A stretch of 64,000 nt of DNA. It comes from Patellaria atrata CBS 101060. Lineage: Eukaryota. The position numbers were made by a program, and so were the translations under genes. The notes beneath the pieces are model-generated. The model did no database searches. It was not told where the DNA came from and was given only the letters and a program-made list of their open reading frames with translations. The DNA lies in the NCBI GenBank assembly GCA_010093705.1, contig MU006093.1:429557-493556 (forward strand), in the 5' to 3' direction. Shown here in pieces: positions 48,841 through 60,110 of this stretch; positions within the stretch are counted from its first letter, which is position 1; every line of letters begins with the position of its first letter.

Positions 48841-50355
48841 ATGTCGTTCCAGGGCACTCCTCCTCCTCCAGGTGGACACTATCCCCGTAAGTTCCATACT
48901 ACGAAGATCAAGAGAAGAAACTAACATCTCCCAATAGCTCCCCCACAACCAGGCACGTCTCCTTGATCCCTACCTTTCCGAGTCCCCCATCTCTTAACAT
49001 ACCATTCAGGCACTCAGCAACACTTCCCCCCTCCCGGTCAACAACAGCAATTTCCCCCACCAGGCCAACAACAACAATTCTACCCTCCTCCGGGCGGCCA
49101 ACAGCAACAATCCTACCCTCCCCCACCGACCCAAAGCCCACCAGCACAGCAATACCCCCCTCCACCCCAAGCGCAGCAACAGCAATTCTCTCCTCCCCCG
49201 GATGCCCACTCGCATCGTGCCTCCTTCCAAGCGCCACCCCAGCAACAGCAGCAGCAGCACTTCCCCCCGCCCGGTGGAAATGTCGGGCACGCGCCCTCCC
49301 CTGGTCCGCAGCAGCAGCAACAGATGGTCCCGCAGCAACAGCAGCAGATGGCGCCGTTGAACATGAATGCGCCCGGTGCGCTGCAAGGGGGAGCACCACC
49401 GCAGCAGCATTTCATGGGCGCGGCTACGAACCAAGATGACGTGGGGACCTTCAACGGCGGGAGTTACAGGGTCAGTCATCGGGATACGAATTCAATTCTA
49501 ACGGTGCAATTGGCGCCAGGGGCGCCCATGATCGCTAAACCAGGTGAGTCCACATAGCCCCTTTCCACTCCATGTACCGAGTATGGGATGATACCGCGAT
49601 GTGATGCTGCGGTTACCAGATGATGATCGATACTAACCCCTACCCTAACCCCAGGCGCCATGATCGCAATGTCCCACACCGTAACCCTCAAAGGCGCGCT
49701 CAAGTTCTCGATGAAAAAACTCGTCACCGGCGGCGACATAGCCACATCAACTTACACCGGGCCCGGCGAGATCCTCCTCGGTCCCGAAGCGCTCGGCGAC
49801 ATCACCTCTATCCGTCTCACCGGCCAGGAGCAGTGGTCCGTCGGCAAAGACGCGTTCCTGGCCGCCACGCAGGGCGTCGTCAAGGAGTATAAGAGCCAGG
49901 GGTTCGGCAAGGCCATGTTCTCCGGGGAAGGGCTGTTCGTGTATAAGATTAGCGGACAGGGCATCCTGTGGATCACGAGTATGGGCGCCATCATCAGGAA
50001 GGATGTGAGTACCTCTTTCAGCCTATACCTCTCCTATGGGATTTTGAAAGGGAAAATGTATTGACGCTGAATACAGATGGTCGAGGGTGAACGCTACGTG
50101 GTCGACAACGGCCACCTCGTCGCGTGGAATTGCAAGTACGTCATGGAGCGTGTGGCGAGCGGCGGCATCGTGTCCGGACTTGCCTCTGGCGAAGGCCTCG
50201 TGTGCAAGTTCACCGGTACGTCTCTACCTTCACGCAGACATATCTCAACCCGCTAATTAACGATTGATACAGGCCCCGGCACCGTCTTCATCCAGACGAG
50301 GAACCCGATCGCCTTTGCGCAGTTCCTCGCCGCGCACTCCACTGGCGCGGCGTAG
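48841..50355 (+). CDS. AIM24: AIM24/DUF124-family protein with a long Q/P-rich N-terminus
   Basis: Six exons including a 15-nt microexon. [73 protein letters not shown]. The symbol denotes the family only. Confidence 0.85.
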
Positions 50356-51173
50356 AATGAGTTTTAGCTCCCGTGTCCAGTTACTTGCTGTCTCTTTGTT
50401 TGGCTTTCTATCATTCGATGTCTTGGATATGTATGCTAGGTCGTTTGGCTAGTTCTACTACCGAATATGAAAAACGAATCTCCTATTTGAAAACTTGTAT
50501 TGTTGCTCCCATTGTAGCCTTTGACTGCTTACATAACCGTGCCCAGCTCGTCCTGCTTATGTCATTGCATACCTTAGTAAATTCCGAACTAAGGTAGGAA
50601 GAGGCGCAGCCGTTCATTGCGCCTCCACCTTGGTAGCCTTGTAGATGTGCAGGTATGCCTTTGAAGGGTGGTACTGAACTGGTCGCGTTCCGTCCCGCAA
50701 GTAACGTTTCGATTGCTGGTAGGTGAGATGTTCTGTTCTCAAGTTTACTTCTGTACTGGACAAGGAGATTTTTTTCTTCTTCTTCGGCCTCAAATGTTTT
50801 TGAGACATTTTGTGAACGGATGAAATAGGCCAGCGGATGAAGTATCTAGAGTTGAAGCTGCTATCATACAGTACAGTATAGCACCCTCGATTTACCAACC
50901 TCAATCATTTCCCCCTTTCTCTATTAGTATCCCCGGTTCGCTGTATGGGAAGTCGATAACGTCGAGCGACGAAGGGACGCGCGGTGAATACACCGTAAAG
51001 TAATACAGAATCGGGGTTCGGGAGGTGACAAGAGTTTTTGAGGGAGGGAGGATTATCCACGCAGTCGGGAACCGTACGCAAAAATCGTTCAGTACGGATA
51101 ACTGAGATCGGTCGACTCCTCCCAGGGGAGGACGTCGTTCTAAGCGTGTTTCTCGCGCTTTCAGCTTGTCGAA

Positions 51174-53393
51174 ATGGTCGTACGGCAGAATGTGCGCTTT
51201 CCGTGGAAGAATGCTCTGCGGAAGGAGGTATCTGGTGCTAGAAATCAATCGGGCAGTGAATATCGGTGTGGTGAAAAAGACCAGTGTGGTGCGAAAGATC
51301 AATCTGGTACGAAAGATCAGTGTGGTGTGGAAGATCAATCTAGTGGTACAAAAGATCCCTCTTGTGCTAATGACCAATCTGGTACAGAATATCAGAGATT
51401 CAACGTCGAAAAAGAAGATCAGCTTTTTACGTTCTCAATCAACCTGAAAAATAAAAGTCCAACCCTAGTCCAGAAGATGGAGTACAAACCTCTCAACCAC
51501 TTCCGGAGTGAAATACGACTTGTCACCATCATTCCAGGAGAGGGGAGCCGGATCGAATGTACCATAAAAGTGGTATCACTTACCCTTCCTCCAGAGTATA
51601 CTGCGCTGTCTTACTGCTGGGGAAATCCGAAAGTTACCAGAGATATCTACATAGGTGACCATGTTTTGACGGTTACAACGAATCTTTATGCCGCCCTGAT
51701 GCACCTACGTTTGAAAGATAAACCAGTTACGCTATGGGTCGATTCCATTTGTATTAACCAGGCCGACATATCGGAGCGTAATCGACAGGTATCGTTAATG
51801 GGTGTGATCTATCGAAAAGCTAAGATGACAATTGCCTGGCTTGGTGAAAGTGATGATGAATCACACCAGTGTTTTGACATTTTGGAGTTTTTAGCTTGGG
51901 GACTTCAGGACCAGGCTGGGAATCAGTTTTATCACCGGTTGCAATTGAAGAACTTGAAATTCCAGAAGCTGGTAAAACTGTTCTCTCGTTGTTATTGGAT
52001 ACGGTCATGGATAATTCAAGAAGTTTGTTTGAGCCAAGATGTCGAATTAGTATGTGGGAACCGTCGATTAAACTGGAATGTCTTTTCTCAGGCTCTGGAG
52101 TATATCCAAAGAGACCCGGAACTATTTACGCCGGAGTTTCGGTTTCCTTCTAGCTATTATGAACATATCACGATGTTGAAGGCATGTAGAGAAGATATGA
52201 CTGGTGATGTGCCTCTTCACTTCGTTGATGCTGTCTCCAGATGTCGGCAGTCAATAGCTACGGACCCACGAGATAAAGTTTTTTCTTTGCTCGGGCTCGC
52301 GTACAATGGGACCGCATTCATTCCAGTTGTCGACTACGGTCAGAGTACTTCAGATTTGAATCTCGAATTGACTGTAACAGCGACTGACTTAACACGATCC
52401 TTGGATATTATAGTATTCCTAGCAGGATGGGCCAAAGAAACACGACGCTCATGGATGCCGAACTGGCTGGGTAATTACTGGGGAAGCTCGGACTATCGAA
52501 AGATAAATTACTTACGCAAACGCTCGTCTTTCTTGATGCCAAAAATACCAAGTTCGCTAGATCCACGCAAGGGGAAAAGGCCGATATCATATGGAGAATG
52601 CTCAGAATTAACTTATAAAGCACAATGGACGGCAACGCTTGATCATAGGATGAGATTCGATGTTATTGACAATGTTCTCCGAGTATTTGGCGTACAAGCA
52701 GGCATAATTGCGTCCGTTACTAGTGCGACCGCCGAAACTCCAGATTTGTCGTCAGAGAACTACACAGGGGTTAGTTTTCAGTATGCTCGTCCCTGGACAG
52801 CATGGCCTCATTCAAGATCACTCTGGTATCTTCTCTTCGGAATCAAGAATACGACTAACTTTCTCCGTATGAATACTCGGGAGGACCAAGTTAGCTTTGT
52901 AGCCCTCTGGAGTTCATTAACTGACCCAAATATAATGAGATGGCTGTCCTCTAACTACACCTTTCAAATCGATGGAATTGAGTTGGGTCAATACTTGGTC
53001 CCTATTCATCCAGAACACCCACTTGAGAACTATAATATCAACAGGCAAAAGAAACCTATTTACCTTGGAATACGCGAGACTATTGAACGGAAAGTCATTA
53101 ATATCAGGAATAGAGCTGCTTACGAGGAATGGTGTGAAATGATTCGAGATATCTTCGGCTGGGGTATGCGATTAGCAGTCACTCAGCAGGGAGATTTGGG
53201 CTGGGTAGATAGTGAAGCCCGTCCAGGTGACGTGATTTGGCTGCTAAAGGGTTGCTCTGTCCCAGTCGTACTTCGCCCGCTGCCTGGAGGTGGATGGAGT
53301 CTAATTGGAGATTCCATTATGGATGGTTACATGCAAGGTGAGGGTCTTCGAGGTGGGAAGGTGATTCAGTGGAAGAGTCTTCATATCCACTGA
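51174..53393 (+). CDS. HET-6-like heterokaryon incompatibility protein (HET domain plus conserved C-terminal barrel)
   Basis: Intronless. YKPL..EIRLV, YTALSYCWG, NLYAAL, LWVDSICINQ..ERNRQVSLMGVIY, YWIRSWIIQE, ATDPRDKVFSLLGL, RPGDVIWLLKGCSVPVVLR..LIGD..GYMQGE. The family-typical start is ATG 51477; ATG 51174 adds 101 aa. Confidence 0.92.
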   Translation: MVVRQNVRFPWKNALRKEVSGARNQSGSEYRCGEKDQCGAKDQSGTKDQCGVEDQSSGTKDPSCANDQSGTEYQRFNVEKEDQLFTFSINLKNKSPTLVQKMEYKPLNHFRSEIRLVTIIPGEGSRIECTIKVVSLTLPPEYTALSYCWGNPKVTRDIYIGDHVLTVTTNLYAALMHLRLKDKPVTLWVDSICINQADISERNRQVSLMGVIYRKAKMTIAWLGESDDESHQCFDILEFLAWGLQDQAGNQFYHRLQLKNLKFQKLVKLFSRCYWIRSWIIQEVCLSQDVELVCGNRRLNWNVFSQALEYIQRDPELFTPEFRFPSSYYEHITMLKACREDMTGDVPLHFVDAVSRCRQSIATDPRDKVFSLLGLAYNGTAFIPVVDYGQSTSDLNLELTVTATDLTRSLDIIVFLAGWAKETRRSWMPNWLGNYWGSSDYRKINYLRKRSSFLMPKIPSSLDPRKGKRPISYGECSELTYKAQWTATLDHRMRFDVIDNVLRVFGVQAGIIASVTSATAETPDLSSENYTGVSFQYARPWTAWPHSRSLWYLLFGIKNTTNFLRMNTREDQVSFVALWSSLTDPNIMRWLSSNYTFQIDGIELGQYLVPIHPEHPLENYNINRQKKPIYLGIRETIERKVINIRNRAAYEEWCEMIRDIFGWGMRLAVTQQGDLGWVDSEARPGDVIWLLKGCSVPVVLRPLPGGGWSLIGDSIMDGYMQGEGLRGGKVIQWKSLHIH
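51237..51401 (+). repeat. 18-nt coding minisatellite, 9 imperfect units (x-K-D-Q-S/C-G)
   Basis: Units include gaaaaagaccagtgtggt, gcgaaagatcaatctggt, acgaaagatcagtgtggt, gtggaagatcaatctagtggt, gctaatgaccaatctggt. Confidence 0.9.
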
Positions 53394-53766
53394 AGGCTCG
53401 GTTGACCTTCAAAAGGACCTCATATCCCACACGACGCAAATTAGAATGTACAGATGTCTTCAAGCTGTGCGATTCACTGGTACTGCCCCCGGTGTACTGT
53501 TCCATAAACCTGCAATGGATGAGTGCTAATCGTGAAAATAAAAGAAAGAGACAATCGGGCATTATCGTTATAAATTAGAATCTCACTGTGTTCCACATGC
53601 CAAAGCAACTTTGAACATTGAATGAGAAGCATTAAGATTGATAAGTATTATTCGAGCTCGCATGAGATAAAGCACAACCTTCTTGTGATCATCCGAAGAA
53701 TATCCGACCTAACATCTCACATTCCCAAGAACATTTCCCAAAGCTCCCATTCCATCAGTACAACCC

Positions 53767-54987
53767 ATGGCCACATCTCTGAAACGCCTGAGCCTTAGGG
53801 CCAGGAACTGCACATGTCAATTTACACCCCCCGTGCGACGGCATGCCAACGTTTCCTCACAATGGCCCGTTCCCAGCCGCCCCTTCTCCTCCAGCATCCG
53901 CCGACTCGCTGAGGAAGAAGAGGAAGAAGAAGAGGGGGGGGAGGACTTTACCGCCTACTCCGACTCCCTCGAAAACATCAGGCCCTCCGGACGCACAATC
54001 AACCAAATGAAAACCGCTTGGAGAAACCTGGGACTGGATCCCAAAGCGGAGCTGAATCAAGAGGAGCTCCTCGACAAACTCGGTCAGAGTGCCAAATTTC
54101 ACCGCATGTTCGACGTGATTGATCGCCGTCCACCCAGAGAACCATACCTCCCGCCACCAGTCCGGGACAATAGGGGTTTCTGGCAGGATGGAGAAAAGGA
54201 GGCCGTTGCGCCGGACGAAGAGTTCAAGGGTGATGATATGAGTAGTCTTGCGCATGGGGAGCTGGAGTTACATAGAGAAAGGAGGGAGTATATGCGATTA
54301 GCGGCGTGGGAGATGCCCTTGTTAAGTAGTAAGTTCATATTCAATCTCACCCACTCCTGAGATATGAAAATACCCCTTTTGGAAAAGTTTTATGCTAATA
54401 ACTTCTACAAAGAACTCGCCAAACCCTTCAACCCTCCGCAAAAGACCCACCCCCTTCGCTTTCGCTATACAACCTATATGGGCGAACAACATCCCGCGGA
54501 ACCCAAAGTTGTCGTCGAATTCTGTCCATCCGACCTTCCCTCTCTTTCCCCTCAGCAGACCCGCAAATTCATCAAGCTCTGTGGTCCCCGCTACAACCCC
54601 GGCACCGAAATTGTCAAGATGTCTTGCGAATCCTTCACCACGGCGGCTGAGAACAAGCGCTACCTATCCGATATGGTAGACGCCTTGATCGCCGAGGCGC
54701 AGGACCCCAAAGATACGTTTGAGGACGTTCCGTTCGATTTCAGGCATCATAAGGAGAAGAAGAAACCCGAGTTTCCGAAAGAGTGGCTGCTGACCGAGAC
54801 CAGGAAGAAGATCCTGGAGGCGAAGCGAGCAGGACAAGAGTTGGAAGATCAGAGGAAGGTGGATGATGGGAAGTTGATTGATGGGGGTGTATTAGTGGAG
54901 GAGGCCTTGAAGAGACTACCGGTCAATGCTCCTGTAATGGAGGAGGTGATAAGTAGGGGTAGAGGGAAAGCTGGAAGGAAGAGATAA
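53767..54987 (+). CDS. RSM24: Mitochondrial small-subunit ribosomal protein mS35
   Basis: Presequence, DDMSSLAHGELELHRERREYMRLAAWEMPLL/KLAKPF, PLRFRYTTYMGEQHPAEPKVVV, GPRYNP, DTFEDVP. Intron 54329-54412. Confidence 0.93.
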
Positions 54988-55445
54988 GAAGCGCGAGAAA
55001 TCCTGTAACATGTGTATAGAGTCGTTTGTAAGACAAGAAACCCATTCACGTGCCTAGCATACCTATGTCACGATTATGAGGTCCGTGCGTTTACATCAAT
55101 TGTTATGTTTGGGATAGCAATAGTATAAGGTGAGCAAGTTTTGCTATTGTTCTGGCATTATTGAATACCCCAAGCATCTCCCTCGTCCAACATTAGTAAA
55201 CATGATTGTAGCATTGAGAACCCATTGTTCAACAACATGTCGACCACACAATAGTCCATTACGCGAGTCTCCCTATTGAAGAGACTTCTATACTCAAATA
55301 TAAGAAAACCCTTTTCCTTCCCATAACTTTTGTTCTTTTCGCACTCCTCGACAAACACATTACATACTCTACATCATAACCATATCACATCTCTCACTCA
55401 CATACACATTTTAAACCTCTCTCACACAAACAATCCCTCGAAAAA

Positions 55446-56993
55446 ATGGCCCCTAAGCGCAAAGCAGCCGCTCCCGTCCTCTCCGCCCCAAGGCGGAGCA
55501 CTCGCGAGCGCCGGACCCCCTCCCCCTTCGGTCTGGAGCCTCTCCCGACCTTCCCCGGCCGACCTAGCAAAAGGGTCAAATTCGACACGCCCGGCAACCG
55601 TACTAGATACTTCTCCGCGGACCAGCCGGTAACCCGTTCCTCCGTCCCCTCCCGCCATCCTCCCCCAACCTTCCCTCCCCCGGCTCGCGTACAGTGGCCG
55701 ATTCCGCTGTACCTCGACTGCAGGATCAAAGACCAGCCGTGCGGTCTAAAGCCGGTCACCAGTGCGTCCCTCTTCGAGACAAAGCTCGCGCCGGAGATAC
55801 GCAAGAAGATCTACGGGTATTTCTTCCCGGACCGAGCGGTGCCCGCGACCCGGAAGTGGGACGACATGAGGCCGGCGAACCCGTATTACGGGATGTTGAA
55901 CGAGGTGTACGCGGATGCGTCACACGCCCTGCGCTCGGACGGGTTGCGGTGCCGTACGGAGATTCTGGCGACGAACCACTTCATCTACGCCGAAGCGGTC
56001 GAGATCCTCTACAAGACGGTGCCGTTTCAGATCGTTGTGGATGACTGTGCGGTGCAGTTCTGCGGCGAAGCCGTTTCGAAGAGCGGAATGCTGTGGGAAG
56101 GGATGTTTGCGCAGCGTGCTGCGCTCTGGCGGTTTGTGAAGAGCGTGGACATCACTGTGCATGCAGATCGACGGTTCGACTGGGATGAGGTTTTACCCAA
56201 TTTCGATGCGAATGCTGGGACGGAGCCGGTGCCGCTGGCCAGGCAGTTCCTTGAACGCGCTTACAAGATCAAGGACCATGTGAGACATTTGGTCGCGCGA
56301 CTTCATACCTGTGATAATCTGGAAGACGTCAAAATCTCGATCAAGTGGCCTTATCTGAGAGGCGAGGCTGAATACAAGATGTTGGGGATGAAGGCATCTC
56401 CTGAGCGACCATTCGACACCAGAGGACAGGATGCGCAGTGGGTCCTTAGCCCGTTCATGTCTTTGAGGAACATCACGAATCTCTCTTTTGGACTGATGAG
56501 CGTTGCCGCCAGGGATATGCAAGACTTAGTTCGATGGATGAAAGATGCACAAGACTCGACAAAAGAAACCAAAGTCAAATGGCGAAAGGAGGATGTTCTA
56601 CTCTGGAATTTGCTGACCCACATCGAAGTCAACGGTCCACCATTAAATGTCGTAAGGCTTGAGGACGTCGCATATTCTTCCATCATGATGCAAAACGTTT
56701 CCAAGCTTGGGTATCTTAACCAGAGGTCTTACGGTCACTATATGGCACATCATGTTCGAATTGCTGAAGATGAGGGTAGAGAGGCTGACGTACTCAGACT
56801 GGTTAGGAACATTGAAGAAGCTTGCCTTGCACAGAAGAAAGACGGATTGAAACTTTGGATTCGTGGAGTAACGGAGCATCTGTCAGGAGCTGATGGAGCT
56901 GATGAGTATGAGATCGGTAGAAGAATCGATGCATACATCGGACAGGGACTTTGGACTTACTATGACCCAAGCCTCCTGGATGATGAAGAGTAA
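55446..56993 (+). CDS. Hypothetical F-box-like fungal protein
   Basis: Intronless 515 aa. Basic N-terminus, LFETKLAPEIRKKIYGYFF (F-box-like) and EILATNHFIYAEAVEILY, a pattern typical of these expanded orphan families. Confidence 0.6.
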   Translation: MAPKRKAAAPVLSAPRRSTRERRTPSPFGLEPLPTFPGRPSKRVKFDTPGNRTRYFSADQPVTRSSVPSRHPPPTFPPPARVQWPIPLYLDCRIKDQPCGLKPVTSASLFETKLAPEIRKKIYGYFFPDRAVPATRKWDDMRPANPYYGMLNEVYADASHALRSDGLRCRTEILATNHFIYAEAVEILYKTVPFQIVVDDCAVQFCGEAVSKSGMLWEGMFAQRAALWRFVKSVDITVHADRRFDWDEVLPNFDANAGTEPVPLARQFLERAYKIKDHVRHLVARLHTCDNLEDVKISIKWPYLRGEAEYKMLGMKASPERPFDTRGQDAQWVLSPFMSLRNITNLSFGLMSVAARDMQDLVRWMKDAQDSTKETKVKWRKEDVLLWNLLTHIEVNGPPLNVVRLEDVAYSSIMMQNVSKLGYLNQRSYGHYMAHHVRIAEDEGREADVLRLVRNIEEACLAQKKDGLKLWIRGVTEHLSGADGADEYEIGRRIDAYIGQGLWTYYDPSLLDDEE

Positions 56994-57659
56994 AAGACGG
57001 TGATAAAACCTTGAATAGTCAAGGTGGTTGATCGATTACATATGGATGGCTTTTGAACATTGACGCTAGTTTCTGCAGGATAGAGCTTTTATATTTCGCG
57101 TCGTAGATAGGTGATCCTCATTATGTGCGGATATCGCAGTTATTCTCGAAGAATACTAGACCTTTATCTCTCGAATATCTTTGAATTCTTCATAATCTCC
57201 CAGTGCATGGACTTGAACACCCGCTGAACATTCTGCCTGCTTTCCCAAAGTGTTTTTACACTCATCCATATTCGCGATCTATCCCTCCGCTACCCTATCT
57301 CTGTATATCACGGTGATGTACTCTACAATACATCTATTTATAGGATCTTACAAGATTAGACGAATCTAATCAGGCCCTCCTTGAGTACCCCTCCAAATAT
57401 CTCTCCTTCCCCACGGCATTCCCGGGTTGAGGTAATCTATACCTGGAATTGCCCTCCACCTTCGGTGTACATACTAAGTCAGGACTGTACAGTGGACCAA
57501 AAAGTGTACAACATTTCTACCATACATATGTCGGAACGATTAGCAAAATGCAGGTTTGATCGAGTCGGTGAGAAGGTGTAGTAACCGTATAGCAACCGCA
57601 GAGACCCAATTGTGACAAGCGAGGAGTTGCTATTATCCCCTTTTACGTGCTCAAGAATA

Positions 57660-58892
57660 TCAGCCCTTAGTTCGCGATTCATACCACGAGCTGGCCATCC
57701 AAGCTGCAGCACATCCAAGTAGAGCAGTAGCGCCAATCACTTTCTTGCCCAAGCCATTGCTCGCATCGATTCTTGCGGCGCCTTCGAACTTTCGTGCTGG
57801 TGCTGGCTTAAATGATGATACCGCGGCATCAGATGAGGGATGATCTTCAGTGATTCTACTAGTATTCTGTCTCTTGCGGGCTTCTTCGATCATTCTGCCA
57901 AGTTGTTGGAGATCTTCCCTCCACCTGGTCTCGTTTATGGCGCCTGCTTCTTCAATTTCGACGTTCTGAACATTACCAAAGAAGTCTATGACTAGCCTAG
58001 ATCGAACTTCTTGTTCGCCACCTCTGAATAAATCATATCTAACGCCTGGATGACTGTGAATCTTTGCTTCATCGTAGCTGTCAAATAGGTCCCCGAGCGT
58101 TAGTTTACTCGATGGTGAGAGTACTTGAGTTTCCAAGAAGTCGAGATTGTAGTATGTGTATCTGTCAATGACGGCAACGCCTACATCACTGTCTGCATGA
58201 TGTGAATATGAGGATTGGTCAATCTCAGAGGATCCAGTCGCGATGATATTGGGGGAGTAGATCTTGCTGTACATTGTATTGGCTTGGCAGGTATCAATCA
58301 TGAAAAGAAGCTCATGATAGCTTTAATTTATGTTAGTAAAATTGGTCTAAACATACACAGGATCATCATACCGTTTCTTCTCCCACATTTGCTCAAACGC
58401 GTCCGCTAGATCGAATGCACTTATCTCCTCAGCGTCCTGAAACTTTAAGAACTCATTACCTCCATGTCCGGTCATGTATACAAGAATATTACTCCTATCG
58501 TCCGTTAGGAGTCGTTTACTCCTCGGCATATCCTCGCCTACGCGATCTGTCAAGAGCCTTATGAAGTTTTCTACCGTAACCTCATATCCACGATAATCCA
58601 CCTCAATGTTATCACCATAAAGATCCAACGCACGATCAGCATTATTGTAAACTGTTCCGGGAAAAGCATTTCGAGGGTTACAGGCCATATCATCGGGCAG
58701 CATCAAGATGATCTGGGAATCCGGGATCCCCAGTCGCTTCACCGTGCGGTACAGTGAGAGGACGTTCGCGAGATGCCGGTAGTTAAACCAAAAGCGGGAG
58801 GTTGAAACCAGTACTGCCCAGTTGGAGGTATGCTGGGCGCCGACAAACACGGAGAGGAGGGAGAATAGCCATAGTCTGAGTAAAGGGGTCAT
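57660..58892 (-). CDS. GPI8: GPI transamidase catalytic subunit (peptidase C13, PIG-K)
   Basis: Signal peptide, [23 protein letters not shown] (catalytic His), IDTCQA (catalytic Cys), C-terminal TM. Intron 58321-58371. Confidence 0.96.
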
Positions 58893-60110
58893 TTTTCACG
58901 GGATGAGATGGGAACCCAGCCGATAATAATTACAAGCTGGTATGATCGTACTAAAAGGTAGCAGAACGCCTAGGTATGGCAGAACACAGTCACAGTAGGT
59001 ACTGAGAATATCAAACGAGGTAGAGTCCAGGTTGAGAATATATCAGAGTATGATTGGGGCCTTTGAGGTTGATGTCCTAGCTCTTGGCAAGGATATGCTT
59101 AGAAATGTGTTGATTCAAGTTTCGAATTCACGGGGCGGACTCAGAAGCGCTTTTGTTCTGAAACGTCAGGTTTCTAACCTTCCAGATCGTAATATTATGC
59201 GTTCTTGTAAACGATGAAATCAGATGTAATGTTCTGAGATATCCCCCTTCCAGAACGCATCCCGATCCCTGATCCAGCCTCAGCACGTCAGTTGCGTAGA
59301 GTTCTACAAGCCACAGGACAGCAAAACTGTCAGGAACCGAACACCTCATAACGCCACTGGCTTAAGGTACAAGTACAGTAAAGGTGACATACAACGGCTG
59401 CTTTACATATAAAATTCATCCCGCCTGGAATATTTGATACTCGTTTAACAATAATGATTATTGAGGTGGAGCTTCGTACCTACGTTCCGAGTATTTGAAT
59501 GTGATGATCCTTACCGAGTATCGTATTTCACGTTGTTTTCCCAGTTTTTTCGGCTTTTGCCTCCCCGTTGTGTGTTGTGTTAATCCCGTTAAAGAATCCT
59601 TGAGTATTTTAAGACTTTCAAACCTGTTCTATACCCGAATCAGGCAATTGTAGATGATCTCTAGTAATGAACATGACGTCCCGATGCCACCTCGTATCCA
59701 ATTGGACCCATTCCAACCTTATGATGTATTTCTGCTACAAACTGTCTTCTCACTCTCCTGGCACTTTGCCTTTCAACGACACCTCTTCCTCCCCAACTTC
59801 ACCATCACGCTCACAAACGCCTTCGATATTTGAAAGTGCGGCATTTGTGCAGTAAGAAGACGGCACAGCAGCCGACAGTCCACGCCGACCTCGTCAAAGC
59901 TGGCCCTGCACGTTGCACACGAACTACCAGGATAGGACCTCCTTTGGACCTTCTCCGTTTGGCACATATAGTAGTGCCCTGTTGCCATCAACACTCCAAC
60001 TTCTGCTCCTCCCATCTCCAGAACTTCAACTTCCTTCGATACATTCTTCGCGTGACTGCGACCGAAAATACACGATATTTCATGATTCAATCGCTATAAT
60101 ATCCGTCGCC

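Noticed and set aside
51237..51401. Regularly spaced repeats considered as CRISPR-like
   Set aside because: Head-to-tail 18-nt units without unique spacers, in a eukaryote and with no cas genes.
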